A stretch of 64,000 nt of DNA. Origin: Candidatus Nanoarchaeia archaeon. GTDB taxonomy: Bacteria; Patescibacteriota; Microgenomatia; Woykebacterales; RBG-16-39-9b. The stretch's first letter is position 1. The number at the start of each line of letters is the position of its first letter. Both the position numbers and the translations under genes were made by a program. The notes beneath the pieces were generated by a model, which saw only the letters and a list, made by a program, of their open reading frames with translations, was not told where the DNA came from and did no database searches. Positions 37,193 through 47,390 of the stretch are shown here, piece after piece. The DNA is taken from contig DATBWR010000016.1 of assembly GCA_036514715.1 (NCBI GenBank), positions 42,368-106,367 on the forward strand, written 5' to 3'.

Positions 37193-37918
37193 TTAAATAA
37201 ATTTTAGGATATTTGCTTTTTTCTCTAAGTTTTGGTACCAACTTTGAAACTTTTCGTTTAGTTTTTCGGAGCGCAACTGCTCTCTAAGGGCTTCGCGGTT
37301 TGGGCCTTTTCCATCTTCCGTTCCCGCAACGTTAGGATCGGAGGGGTTCTGGGCGATAAAATCGTCAACCTCTCCTTCTGATACTTTGATCTGATCCTCA
37401 AGCAGTTTTTCTACTAAAATTTGGGTTTTGATCTGAGTGCGGAAATCACTTTCAGCAATATTTCGGCTCCTTAAAGCTTCCTTAAGTTGCTCCTGGCCAC
37501 CAACTTGCCCCTCAACTTCTTTAATTCTCTTGTCAATCTCACTCTGACTAACGCGGAGGTTGTGGCGATTGGCCTCTTGGAAGATCAGTTTATCCCTAAT
37601 TATTTGGGTTAAAACTTCCTCTCCGTACTTAGTTTTGAGATTTTGGTAAAGTTCGAAAGTGGTAATTGGCTGACGATTGACCACCGCAGCCACGAACCAG
37701 TCTTTTTTTACAAAGGCTAGTACTCCAACCAATAAAATTACGCCTAAGACGATCAGATAACGGGAGTATTTCTGTTTGTTTGCCAAAAAATTGCTGCGCA
37801 GAGAATCGTAATACTTTTTTAAGTTTAGTTTTCGGCTGGTTTTTCTTCCTCGGGGCGTTCTGGCAGTGGTTTTCTTTATTTGGGAGGCGGCAGCTTTTTT
37901 AGTTCTCGGCATATACAC
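37193..37918 (-). CDS. SurA N-terminal-domain chaperone-like protein (no PPIase domain)
   Basis: TM, then a VAAVVNRQPITTFEL... SurA_N-like pattern. 241 aa. Confidence 0.5.
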   Translation of the reverse strand: MYMPRTKKAAASQIKKTTARTPRGRKTSRKLNLKKYYDSLRSNFLANKQKYSRYLIVLGVILLVGVLAFVKKDWFVAAVVNRQPITTFELYQNLKTKYGEEVLTQIIRDKLIFQEANRHNLRVSQSEIDKRIKEVEGQVGGQEQLKEALRSRNIAESDFRTQIKTQILVEKLLEDQIKVSEGEVDDFIAQNPSDPNVAGTEDGKGPNREALREQLRSEKLNEKFQSWYQNLEKKANILKFI

Positions 37919-38037
37919 TTTCAGGACTGTATCTTCTTAGAGTATGTTCTATTTTCTCAGAAGAAATCAAAAATACTTGGTTATTTTATCTCATCCTGTA
38001 AAGTTTTTTCAAGGGGTATTAAATCTTCTTCAAAAGT

Positions 38038-39672
38038 TTAATAACCCATACCTTCCATACCACCACCGGACATACCGCCGGCTACCGGTTTTTCCGGTTC
38101 GGGCTTGTCAGTCACCAAGGCTTCGGTAGTCAAAATCATCATAGCTACACTGGCAGCGTTCTGAACCGCACTTCTAGTAACCTTGACCGGATCAATAACC
38201 CCAGCTTTTACTAAATCTTCAAATTCGTCTGTCAGCACGTTGTATCCCCAGTTAACATCTTTTTTATCAGCTACCGTTCTTAGAACCCACCCACCATCTT
38301 GACCCGCATTTTCTGCCAGTTTCCTAATTGGTTCCTCCGTAGCTTTCTTAATTATTTCAACCCCAACTTGCTCGTCACCCTCTAATTTCAGCTTACCTAA
38401 CGCCTCCCTAGAAGCTCTAATCAAAGCAACTTCTCCGCCAGGTACAATTCCTTCTTCGATAGCTGCTTTAGTTGCTTGCACTGCGTCGTTAACTCGTTCT
38501 TTCTTCTCCTTCATTTCGATTTCAGTAGCAGCACCGACATTAATAACCGCAACACCACCGGAAAGTTTAGCTAAACGCTCCTGCAACTTTTCCCTGTCAA
38601 ATTCGCTGGTAGTTTTCTCAATTTGCGCTCTAATTTGGCTAATACGGGCGTCAATTTTGGATTTTGCGCCCTTGCCGCCAACAATAACTGTGTTGTCTTT
38701 ATCGCTAGTTAATCGGTCGGCTTTACCCAACATCTCGGGTGTTACTGATTCAAACTTAATCCCGGTATCCTCACTAACCAATTGCCCACCGGTAAGGACT
38801 GCAATATCCTCGAGCATTTCCTTGCGGCGATCACCAAATCCTGGAGCTTTAACTGCTAGGATGTTCATCGCCCCGCGCATTTTGTTAACCACTAAAGTTG
38901 CCAGAGCTTCACCCTCGACATCGTCAGCGATAATGACTAAGTCTTTCGTGGTCTGAACTAGTTTTTCAAGTAAGGGGAGTAGGTCACCAATAGCACTGAT
39001 CTTTTTATCAGTAATCAAAATATGAGGGTTCTCAATGGAAGATACCATCTTGGCTGTGTCAGTTACAAAATAAGGGGAGACATAGCCACGATCGAACTCC
39101 ATACCTTCTTTATATTCAACGTTTGTCTCTAGTCCTCTTGACTCCTCGACTGTGACAACACCGTCTTTTCCTACTTTATCCAAAGCCTCCGCGAGGATAC
39201 TACCGATAGTTTCATCTCCTGCTGAAATTGTTGCCACTTGGGCTGTCTCCTCTTTTGTCGAAATTTTCTTGGCCATTTTCTCTAGTTGGACCACAACAGC
39301 CGCTACACTCTTCTCGATACCTTTTCTAAGTATCATTGGGTTAACCCCTGATGTAATATTTTTTAGCCCCTGTTCGACAATTGCCTGAGCTAAAATTGTC
39401 GCTGTGGTGGTACCATCACCGGCAACGTCATTAGTCTTGTTAGCTGCTTCTTTAATTAACTGAGCGCCCATATTTTCAAAGGGGTCTTCCAGTTCAATTT
39501 CTTTAGCTACAGTAACTCCATCATGAACCACGCTTGGAGCTCCCCATTTTTTATCAATAGCTACGTTGCGGCCTTTAGGACCTAGGGTTGTTGCTACCGC
39601 CTCGGTGAGTTTATTAACACCGTCTAAAAGTTTTTTTCTGGCTTCTTCACTGTAAAGTAGTTGTTTTGACAT
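38038..39672 (-). CDS. groL: Chaperonin GroEL
   Basis: GroEL motifs and a C-terminal GGM repeat tail. Confidence 0.97.
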   Translation of the reverse strand: MSKQLLYSEEARKKLLDGVNKLTEAVATTLGPKGRNVAIDKKWGAPSVVHDGVTVAKEIELEDPFENMGAQLIKEAANKTNDVAGDGTTTATILAQAIVEQGLKNITSGVNPMILRKGIEKSVAAVVVQLEKMAKKISTKEETAQVATISAGDETIGSILAEALDKVGKDGVVTVEESRGLETNVEYKEGMEFDRGYVSPYFVTDTAKMVSSIENPHILITDKKISAIGDLLPLLEKLVQTTKDLVIIADDVEGEALATLVVNKMRGAMNILAVKAPGFGDRRKEMLEDIAVLTGGQLVSEDTGIKFESVTPEMLGKADRLTSDKDNTVIVGGKGAKSKIDARISQIRAQIEKTTSEFDREKLQERLAKLSGGVAVINVGAATEIEMKEKKERVNDAVQATKAAIEEGIVPGGEVALIRASREALGKLKLEGDEQVGVEIIKKATEEPIRKLAENAGQDGGWVLRTVADKKDVNWGYNVLTDEFEDLVKAGVIDPVKVTRSAVQNAASVAMMILTTEALVTDKPEPEKPVAGGMSGGGMEGMGY

Positions 39673-39685
39673 AAAGCTCCCTTAA

Positions 39686-39982
39686 TTAGTCAATAATCGC
39701 CATGACGTCATCGAACTTCACTAATTTGTACTCCTCATCGTTAACTTTAAGCTCGTCACCGCCCCATTTTTTATAAATGACATTGTCTCCAATTTTAAAT
39801 TGAGCTTTTACCTCTTGACCATGATCGAAAGTAGAGGCGCCAACCGCGATCACTTGGCCACGGGCGGGCCGCTCTTGAGCGTTATCAGGTAAGTAAAGGC
39901 CGCTGGCAGTTTTTTCCGCTGCTTCTTCAGGGGCAAGTAGCGCGTAGCCTGCCATTGGTTTGATGTTGGGTTTTTTTGCCAT
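39686..39982 (-). CDS. groS: Co-chaperonin GroES
   Basis: 98 aa GroES upstream of groL. Confidence 0.95.
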   Translation of the reverse strand: MAKKPNIKPMAGYALLAPEEAAEKTASGLYLPDNAQERPARGQVIAVGASTFDHGQEVKAQFKIGDNVIYKKWGGDELKVNDEEYKLVKFDDVMAIID

Positions 39983-40122
39983 TAATTTCTCCTCTTAATA
40001 TATCTATAGGTTGATCTAATTTAGCAAGTTAGAGTTCGCACTCCAATGCTTAATTTGCTAACGCATATTAAGGATTTATTAGGAATTTGTCAAGGGTCTT
40101 GAGAAAGGTTTGCCTGGGTGAG

Positions 40123-41457
40123 TTATTCGGAGACTATCCCATATTTTTTTAGGGTGGGGCTGATGTTTTCGACAAAATCTTCCAGCGCTCCTTCAGTTGA
40201 GGTACCCTTTTCGATTGCCAGCAGCATTTTTTTCAACTCGGTAATTAGACTGTCATTTAAACTTTCGTCAAAAGTGTCGCTGTGAAAAAACCAGCTTTTT
40301 GCAGTGGCTGCTTGAGCTATATAGGCAGCTAAAAAGACGTTAGTAGTTTGTTCGGAGGCCATCTCGACTCTTGGGTAAGCTCGTGCAAAGCCATCTACTT
40401 TACTTTCCAGTTCAAAAACTTTTCTTAAAGTTGCTGGCTGACTTATATACTTTACAAATTCCCAAGCGTAACCTTTTTCCTCGCTAACAGAGTTTACCCC
40501 CAAAGCCCAGTAGCGCCCCCAAGTCACTAGGGGTGCTGATGGTAGTTGGGGGACAGGCTCAATCGCAAAGTCAAGCTTAAGATTTTCAGCTCGTATAAGA
40601 GCAAGCAGATCGTGAACTTTGTAAGCAGGTAACAGTATCATCGCTACTTTTCCCCGGCCAAAGGCTTCCAAGCTGTTGGGTTGGGTGTTATCCCAAGTTC
40701 GATCTTCTTCGGAGAAAGCCTCGTAGAAATTGACCGCATCTTTAGTAAGATTTGCCGACCCTTCCCGCTCGTTTAAAACTAGCTTCCCATTTTTAGTAAA
40801 CTCCACCCCGTTTTGCAAGAGAAACAAACCAATTATTTCTCCTAAATTTTCAACGTTGTTAGTTGCCCCCAACGCAATACCAGAATTTATAATTCTTTCT
40901 TTATCGGCAGTTGTTAACGAAGGAACAAAATCAGAACGAAGCGAAGTCCAAGTACTGGGTGCTGAGGCGAAGTTTTTGGAGGTAAAAATATCTTTGTTGT
41001 ATAAAAGGGCCAGACCATCAATTTCCAAAGGCACTCCCCGATAATCACCGCCAATTTTCATATCCGTCTTAGTAATTGGGTAAAAAGTTTTCTCGTAATC
41101 AGCCTTGCTAAAAATACTCCCTGGCAGACTGTCTAAATGCTCGGCAAGCAGCGGTCCCCAACCAGAGTGCCACCAAAAGACGTCCGGGGGTTCGGGGTTG
41201 TTAAGCTCAGCTTTTAAATTAGCAAAGTACTGCCCAGGCGGTTTTTGCTCATAAGTCAAGGTAATTTCAGGGTACTCTTTTAGAAAGTCCTCTTTAATAG
41301 CCTCGAAAACTTCTTTATCCCAAAGTCCGGCAACTTTAAGCGGCACCGACCCAGGCTCTTTTTTGAGAGGGTAAAAAAGTGTTAATAAAAGATAAGTTAG
41401 AAGAAAAGCAGCAACAAAAACGATGATGAGCGGAAGAGCTTTACGAGCAGAAATCAT
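40123..41457 (-). CDS. Extracellular solute-binding protein (ABC family 1-like), orphan
   Basis: N-terminal TM/signal anchor and an SBP-like fold pattern. No adjacent permease genes. Confidence 0.5.
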   Translation of the reverse strand: MISARKALPLIIVFVAAFLLTYLLLTLFYPLKKEPGSVPLKVAGLWDKEVFEAIKEDFLKEYPEITLTYEQKPPGQYFANLKAELNNPEPPDVFWWHSGWGPLLAEHLDSLPGSIFSKADYEKTFYPITKTDMKIGGDYRGVPLEIDGLALLYNKDIFTSKNFASAPSTWTSLRSDFVPSLTTADKERIINSGIALGATNNVENLGEIIGLFLLQNGVEFTKNGKLVLNEREGSANLTKDAVNFYEAFSEEDRTWDNTQPNSLEAFGRGKVAMILLPAYKVHDLLALIRAENLKLDFAIEPVPQLPSAPLVTWGRYWALGVNSVSEEKGYAWEFVKYISQPATLRKVFELESKVDGFARAYPRVEMASEQTTNVFLAAYIAQAATAKSWFFHSDTFDESLNDSLITELKKMLLAIEKGTSTEGALEDFVENISPTLKKYGIVSE

Positions 41458-41460
41458 TAA

Positions 41461-42336
41461 CTAAGAGCCTTTTATTTCATTCAAATAATTTTTTAAATCG
41501 TCTGCCAAATCGTCCCTGCGGAGCGCAAACTCAATATTAGCTTCAATAAACCCAAGCTTATTGCCAATATCGTAATAACGGCCATTTTCGATTAATACCG
41601 TGTAAACAGGCTCGTTCTTAACCATTTCTCCAATTGCTTCCGGCAGCCAGAGCTCCCCGCCCTTACCTGGCTTGAGGTTATCCAAATATTTCCAAATGCT
41701 GGGCGCTAGAACGTAAGCCCCGTGAGTAGCAATATCAGAGGGGGCTTCATTGGCGGGGGGTTTTTCAACAATTGCCTCAATTTGATAAACATTGCCTTCC
41801 ACTTGCTTGACCGCGGCAATGCCGTACTTACTTAGGTCTTCCTTCTTAATAATTTTTACTCCACTAATTACACTGTGGCCGTACTTGTCATAAACGTCGA
41901 GAAGTTGTTTCAGGCGAGGCGGCTGGGCATAAATAAACTCATCTCCCCAAATTACGGCAAAGGGTTCGTCGCGAACCAAATGTTTAGCCGTAATTACCGG
42001 GGTGGCGTTACCGTAGTTGCCTTTTTGACGAACGTAGATGAAGTTAGCCATTTCGGCAATTTCGCGAATTTCACTAGCTTTATCCTCTTTACCTGACGCT
42101 TTCAAAAAGTTTTCCAACTCCAAACTGCGATCAAAGTGATCTTCAATTGCCCGTTTGCCACTACCAGTAACAATAATGATGTCAGTTATCCCAGAACCAA
42201 CTACTTCCTCAACCACGTATTGGATAACCGGCTTATCCACAATCGGCAACATTTCTTTGGGCATTGCTTTAGTAGCCGGCAGAAAGCGGGTCCCAAAACC
42301 AGCTGCGGGAATAATTGCCTTAGTTACCTTAGTCAT
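41461..42336 (-). CDS. galU: UTP-glucose-1-phosphate uridylyltransferase
   Basis: KAIIPAAGFGTRFLPATKAMPKEMLPIVDKP signature. Confidence 0.92.
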   Translation of the reverse strand: MTKVTKAIIPAAGFGTRFLPATKAMPKEMLPIVDKPVIQYVVEEVVGSGITDIIIVTGSGKRAIEDHFDRSLELENFLKASGKEDKASEIREIAEMANFIYVRQKGNYGNATPVITAKHLVRDEPFAVIWGDEFIYAQPPRLKQLLDVYDKYGHSVISGVKIIKKEDLSKYGIAAVKQVEGNVYQIEAIVEKPPANEAPSDIATHGAYVLAPSIWKYLDNLKPGKGGELWLPEAIGEMVKNEPVYTVLIENGRYYDIGNKLGFIEANIEFALRRDDLADDLKNYLNEIKGS

Positions 42337-42410
42337 GGCTAATATGGTAACATAGGTTAGTGTTTATTGGAAGTTAAGTTCGTAGCTACCTATAAAGGAG
42401 GTGTTAACCT

Positions 42411-42980
42411 TTGCTTAAGAACACTTTTCAAAGAGTCGGTGTTTTTATTGATATCCAAAATCTTTACTATTCAGCCAAAAATCTCTACAGTGCTAAAGTA
42501 AATTTTGGAAAAATTTTGGAAACTGCAGTTGCTGGCCGGCAACTAATTCGTGCCTTTGCTTACGTCATACGGGCTGATATTCCCGAAGAGCAACCTTTTT
42601 TCGATGCTCTTACCAAGAGTGGTTTCGAAGTTAAAGCTAAAGATATTCAAATTTTTCCCGGGGGAGTGAAAAAGGGTGATTGGGACGTGGGAATTGTCAC
42701 GGATATGATCCGTCTTGGTCCAAAGCTTGATGTGATGATTTTGGTTTCCGGTGACGGGGACTATGTGCCGGCGCTTGAATATTTGCGCAACCAAGGACAT
42801 CTAATCGAGGTAATTGCTTTTGGTAAAAGTACTTCAGCCAAACTAATTACCGAAGCTGATGAATTTACAGATTTAGATCAAGAAGCGCAGAAATACTTAA
42901 TTCGAACCTATAGAAACCAACCAAGACGAGCCTACCACCGTAACCCCAACCGGGAAAAAACTAATTTAGAGGAACTGTAA
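42411..42980 (+). CDS. NYN-domain (LabA-like) protein
   Basis: VGVFIDIQNLYYS...DVMILVSGDGDY NYN/PIN-like acidic motifs. Confidence 0.7.
   Translation: MLKNTFQRVGVFIDIQNLYYSAKNLYSAKVNFGKILETAVAGRQLIRAFAYVIRADIPEEQPFFDALTKSGFEVKAKDIQIFPGGVKKGDWDVGIVTDMIRLGPKLDVMILVSGDGDYVPALEYLRNQGHLIEVIAFGKSTSAKLITEADEFTDLDQEAQKYLIRTYRNQPRRAYHRNPNREKTNLEEL
42942..42980 (+). repeat. Direct repeat copy 1 (gene 3' end; att-like)
   Basis: AACCCCAACCGGGAAAAAACTAATTTAGAGGAACTGTAA. Matches 43628-43666 at 37 of 39 positions. Confidence 0.8.
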
Positions 42981-43073
42981 CTTGTTGTTGCATGAGATGC
43001 TTATAGGATTGGTTAAATCTAATTATTGACTATAGGTCTGCTCTCTGCTGTGGTTTTTGTCGCTTAATTACTA

Positions 43074-43364
43074 TTGTGCGACGTTTCGAATCGTGCCGAT
43101 ATTGAAGTGGATATTGGGCGGGCGAATCTCTCAAGTCTTGTGCAATATGTTAGAATGCACACAATGGATAACTCAGTTTCTAGTCAAATCGGCTACCTGC
43201 TAGCGGTCGGGGGCCTAGTTGTCATTCCCTTAGGTATTTTGGTTTCGGCTTCAGCAGCGTTATTTGCGATCGCGACTCACAAACGAAGGTTGTGGCCATA
43301 TGTTAAATGGCCGCTCCTAGTGACGATCGGACTCACCCTTCTTTACACGCTAGCCATCGGCTAG
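43074..43364 (+). CDS. Small 2-TM hypothetical protein inside the repeat-bounded insert
   Basis: 96-aa ORF with hydrophobic helices. Uncertain. Confidence 0.3.
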   Translation: MCDVSNRADIEVDIGRANLSSLVQYVRMHTMDNSVSSQIGYLLAVGGLVVIPLGILVSASAALFAIATHKRRLWPYVKWPLLVTIGLTLLYTLAIG

Positions 43365-43627
43365 TTATCTTCGGCAAGCGGACCAGCCGCCGGCCGCTAT
43401 GACCCCGCAAGCGACAAAGACTTTCTTCGTCTCATTGGGCTCTTTCCAGATAGTAGTGTGATCGTCTGTCATTCTGCTTGGGAACCGATTTTTGGCGACA
43501 CGGTTAGAGCTTCGAAAATAGTAGATAGGATTAAAGAACGGCGTGCTGAAATTGTTATCGATGGTGACTCGTATAGAGTTAGGGATAAACTTCTAGTCTC
43601 TTAGATTAGTGTAGAAACGTCTACTGC

Positions 43628-43666
43628 AACCCCAACCGGGAAAAAGCTAATTTAGAGGAACTATAA
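43628..43666 (+). repeat. Direct repeat copy 2 (displaced original gene 3' end, in frame ...NPNREKANLEEL*)
   Basis: AACCCCAACCGGGAAAAAGCTAATTTAGAGGAACTATAA, followed by a terminator. Confidence 0.8.
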
Positions 43667-43680
43667 ATTGGAATAGAAAT

Positions 43681-43702
43681 GGATCCCTTCGGGTTCCTTT
43701 TT
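43681..43702 (+). terminator. Rho-independent terminator following repeat copy 2
   Basis: GGATCCC-TTC-GGGTTCC stem with one T-T mismatch, followed by TTTTT. Confidence 0.5.
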
Positions 43703-43720
43703 ACTACAAGAAAATAGTGA

Positions 43721-43769
43721 AGCCCGCCCCGCATTGAGTTGACATTGAAGTCTTCTCGCGGGGCGGGCT
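43721..43769. other. 12-bp GC-only-clamped perfect hairpin (AGCCCGCCCCGC...GCGGGGCGGGCT, 25-nt loop) at the start of a GC-rich noncoding stretch (43.7-44.1 kb)
   Basis: Seen directly. No ORF of 60 aa or more in the region. Confidence 0.5.
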
Positions 43770-44167
43770 CTTGCGTAGTCTCAATTAAAGTCGAGAACTA
43801 CGCGCCGGCGTCGAAGGGTCGGCTGGCTCAGCTACCCGGGACGGCGCCGAAGTCGAGGTCGACGATGGACGTACAGGCGATTTGCTTTATGCTCGTGATC
43901 TTGCCCGGGTCCAAATGAAACCCCTTTCCTGAAAGCTTTGTTGTCCCATGACGACAAAGCACTTACCGATAGCAAACATTCTAGCATAGCCGTCAATTCT
44001 TGTCAACCACTATAGGATCCTCGTATTTACTATCTCCTACCGGAGATTAAATACTGTGGATCCTGCGCTCCAGCAATAGTCTAACGACATTAATCCAAAG
44101 GACGCAAAGCGCGCAGCGATTTATTTCGCTGGAAGCTTAGGCCCCTTGACTATGTTAAAATTGGCTG

Positions 44168-45151
44168 GTGAAGATTTTAGGTATTGAAACTAGTTGTGAT
44201 GAGACTGCTGTCGCAGTGGTCGAAGACGGAGTAAAAATTCTCTCCAATGTGGTAGCTTCTTCGCTGCCTTTACATGCAAAAACCGGTGGTATAATTCCGG
44301 AAACTGCTGCCCGCGAACAGCTCCGTTTGATGATCCCAACTGTTGAAAAAGCTTTGCTGGAAAGCAAGTTAAAACCGCAAGATTTAGATGCTATTGCGGT
44401 AACACAAGGACCCGGTCTTCTAGGTTCCTTGTTAATCGGTGTCGAAACTGCTAAAACTCTTTCCTTTGTTTGGAATAAACCTTTAGTACCCATAAATCAC
44501 CTTGTCGGTCATGTTTACGCTAATTGGCTGGAAAACCCCTCTCCTCCTAAATTTCCTAATCTAACTTTGATCGTCTCCGGAGGCCACTCAGAGCTGGTCA
44601 TAGCAGGCAACCACGGCGATTTTGAATGGCTTGGTGGCACTCGAGACGATGCGGCCGGAGAAGCTTTTGATAAAACCGCCAGAGTTTTGGGACTTACCTA
44701 CCCAGGAGGTCCGGCAATTCAGAAAGCTGCTGCGAGCCACAAACATATCGATAACTCTTTGCCCAGACCTTTACACGACAGCGGCGATTTTGATTTCTCC
44801 TTCAGCGGGCTTAAAACTGCAGTGGTCAATAAAGCTAGTAATAAGAGGTTTTCTGATCAAGAGACTGCTGATTTTGCCGCCAGTATCCAAGAGGCGATTG
44901 TTGATTCACTACTTAACAAAACCCTTAAGGCCGCTAAAAAATATAATGTTAAAGAGTTGCTGCTGGCTGGAGGTGTAGCTGCCAATGCGCGATTAACCGA
45001 GAAGGCGAGGGAAAGCTTCTCCGGAAAAGTGCACGTTGCTCCACCCAAATTATGCGTGGACAACGGGGCCATGATCGCTGCCGCTGCCTTTTTTAACTAC
45101 AAACCGGTTCCCTGGCAAGACGTACAAGCTGACAGCGGCCTTTTCTTTTAG
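44168..45151 (+). CDS. tsaD: tRNA N6-adenosine threonylcarbamoyltransferase TsaD (Kae1/YgjD)
   Basis: KILGIETSCDETAVAVV start (GTG) and TsaD motifs. Confidence 0.92.
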   Translation: MKILGIETSCDETAVAVVEDGVKILSNVVASSLPLHAKTGGIIPETAAREQLRLMIPTVEKALLESKLKPQDLDAIAVTQGPGLLGSLLIGVETAKTLSFVWNKPLVPINHLVGHVYANWLENPSPPKFPNLTLIVSGGHSELVIAGNHGDFEWLGGTRDDAAGEAFDKTARVLGLTYPGGPAIQKAAASHKHIDNSLPRPLHDSGDFDFSFSGLKTAVVNKASNKRFSDQETADFAASIQEAIVDSLLNKTLKAAKKYNVKELLLAGGVAANARLTEKARESFSGKVHVAPPKLCVDNGAMIAAAAFFNYKPVPWQDVQADSGLFF

Positions 45152-45183
45152 CTTGTTTAGAACTCAGGTTTTGGTATAATCGC

Positions 45184-47274
45184 TTGCGCATGGATAAAGT
45201 TTACGAACACAAAAATATTGAGGAAAAATGGTACTCTTTTTGGGAAAAAGAGGGTTTTTTTAAACCTAGTTCTTCCAAGAAAACTTTCACGATCATCCTC
45301 CCCCCACCTAATGCCAACGGCCGGCTGCATATTGGCCACGCTATGTATGTGATTGAGGACATTATGGCCCGTTACCATCGCATGTGTGGTGAAGCAACTC
45401 TCTGGCTACCTGGAGCAGATCATGCTGGCATTCTCACTCAAGTGGTTTACGAACGTGAGCTGGAAAAGCAAGGTAAAACCCGACACGATCTTGGACGAGA
45501 AAAGTTTTACGAAGAAACTTACAAATTTACTCAAGGTAGTAAAAAACAAATGTATGAACAACTCCGAAGAATGGGTTTTTCTCTAGATTGGTCCCGCGAG
45601 AAATTTACTCTAGACCCGAAAATTTCTCAGGCAGTTTATAAAACTTTCAAAATGCTCTACGATGACGAACTTATCTACCGCGGCACGCGGATGATTAACT
45701 GGTGCCCACGTTGCGCCACAGTTTTGTCTGATTTGGAAGTTAATCACGTTGAAAAAGAATCTAACCTCTGGTTTATTAAGTATCCTGTTAAAGACACTGG
45801 ACAATTCATTACCGTTGCCACTACCCGTCCGGAAACTATGCTTGGTGATACTGCCGTGGCAGTTAATCCAGACGATAAGCGCTATAAAAATTTAGTTGGG
45901 AAAACCGTTGTTTTACCACTTACAAACCGAGAAATTCCGATTATTGCCGATAGCTTTGTCGATTCTGAGTTTGGAACTGGAGCGGTTAAAGTTACCCCAG
46001 CCCATGATCCCAATGACTACGAGATCGGTGAGCGCCATAAGTTAGAAAGTGTCCAAGTGATTGGTTTCGACGACAAAATGACTAAGGAGGCAGGAAAATA
46101 CTCCGAATTGGATAAATACACTGCTCGCAAACAAATTGTCTCCGACTTAGAAAAACAGGGCCTTTTGGATAAAACTGAGCGTCATAAAAGCAGCATTGGG
46201 GTTTGTGAACGCTGCGGCACTGTGGTCGAACCACAAATCTCCAAGCAGTGGTTTGTAGCAGTTAATAAAACTGGTAAATCTGGTAAGAATTTAGCTAAAG
46301 ATGCTCTCAAAGCTGTCGCAGAAAAACAGATAAAAATCATCCCCGAGAGATTTGAAAAGATTTACTACAATTGGATGGAAGATTTGCATGATTGGTGCAT
46401 ATCGAGGCAGCTGTGGTGGGGTCAGCAAATTCCCGTTTGGTACAAAGGTGAGGAAATTCATGTTGGCGAAGATTCGCCCGGTGAGGGTTGGCACCAAGAC
46501 CCAGATACTCTGGATACTTGGTTTTCCTCCGGTCAATGGCCTTACACAACTCTAGGCTGGGGACAAAAGGATGATAGTGATTTCAAGCGTTTTTACCCAA
46601 CTACAGTCATGGAAACCGGCTACGATATTCTCTTTTTCTGGGTAGCCCGCATGATCATGCTTGGAATTTACTCTACTGACAAAGTACCTTTTGAAAATGT
46701 TTATTTACACGGTTTAGTTCGTGACGAAAAGGGTCAGAAAATGAGTAAAAGTAAAAACAACGTTATTGACCCACTGGTAGTTGCCGATCAATACGGGGCG
46801 GATGCGGTCCGCATAGCACTAGTTTTTGGAACGGGGGCAGGTAATGATGCCAATATTGGCGAAAGTAAAATAAAAGGTATGCGCAATTTTACTAACAAAC
46901 TCTGGAACATCGGTCGCTATATTATTGATATGAAACCGGAAAAAGTTCGCGCAAAAGCTGAGATGAATAAGGATGATAAATTGATTCTGGAAGAACTAGC
47001 TAAAACCCGCAAAATAGTAACTGAAGCTATTGAAAACTACAGGTTTGGCCAAGCAGCTGAAGAGCTCTACGAGTTTGTTTGGCATAAGTTTGCTGACAAG
47101 TACATAGAGATGAGTAAAAACCGCCGTAGTGAGGCTCAGGCGACCTTAGAGAAGGTCTTTGAAGAAAGCTTGTGCTTGCTTCATCCCTTCATGCCGTTTA
47201 TAACTGAGGAGTTATGGCAGAAATTACCCCACGAAGGGTCTTCAATCATGATTAGTACATGGCCGGGAAAGTAA
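45184..47274 (+). CDS. valS: Valyl-tRNA synthetase, short form lacking the C-terminal extension
   Basis: PPPNANGRLHIGHA (HIGH), KMSKSKNN, an editing-domain-sized insertion. Ends shortly after FITEELWQKL. Confidence 0.85.
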   Translation: MRMDKVYEHKNIEEKWYSFWEKEGFFKPSSSKKTFTIILPPPNANGRLHIGHAMYVIEDIMARYHRMCGEATLWLPGADHAGILTQVVYERELEKQGKTRHDLGREKFYEETYKFTQGSKKQMYEQLRRMGFSLDWSREKFTLDPKISQAVYKTFKMLYDDELIYRGTRMINWCPRCATVLSDLEVNHVEKESNLWFIKYPVKDTGQFITVATTRPETMLGDTAVAVNPDDKRYKNLVGKTVVLPLTNREIPIIADSFVDSEFGTGAVKVTPAHDPNDYEIGERHKLESVQVIGFDDKMTKEAGKYSELDKYTARKQIVSDLEKQGLLDKTERHKSSIGVCERCGTVVEPQISKQWFVAVNKTGKSGKNLAKDALKAVAEKQIKIIPERFEKIYYNWMEDLHDWCISRQLWWGQQIPVWYKGEEIHVGEDSPGEGWHQDPDTLDTWFSSGQWPYTTLGWGQKDDSDFKRFYPTTVMETGYDILFFWVARMIMLGIYSTDKVPFENVYLHGLVRDEKGQKMSKSKNNVIDPLVVADQYGADAVRIALVFGTGAGNDANIGESKIKGMRNFTNKLWNIGRYIIDMKPEKVRAKAEMNKDDKLILEELAKTRKIVTEAIENYRFGQAAEELYEFVWHKFADKYIEMSKNRRSEAQATLEKVFEESLCLLHPFMPFITEELWQKLPHEGSSIMISTWPGK

Positions 47275-47300
47275 ATATCCGAAGTTACAGAATGCTTTAG

Positions 47301-47390
47301 CTGTCTATAACTGAGGATCTCTGGCAAAAACTTCCCAACAAACAAGGCGAATCGATCGTGGTTTCCGAATGGCCTAAAGCTCAAGGATAA
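47301..47390 (+). pseudogene. Orphan diverged duplicate of the valS 3' end (LSITEDLWQKLPNKQGESIVVSEWPKAQG*), no start codon
   Basis: Aligns at the protein level to the valS C-terminus ITEELWQKLPHEGSSIMISTWPGK*. An in-frame TAG lies immediately upstream. Confidence 0.7.

Noticed and set aside
43700-44167. Checked GC-rich noncoding stretches (also 27440-27700 and 63050-63600) for tmRNA, RNase P RNA and SRP RNA
   Set aside because: No GGAAAGTCCGGGC or ACAGAANCCGGCTTA (RNase P), no tRNA-like TTCGAATCC...CCA end with a tag ORF (tmRNA), and no AGGTCAGG...GGAAGCAGC (SRP) motifs. Left as unassigned structured regions.
44155-44493. 112-aa minus-strand ORF overlapping the tsaD start
   Set aside because: Antisense to tsaD with no RBS.
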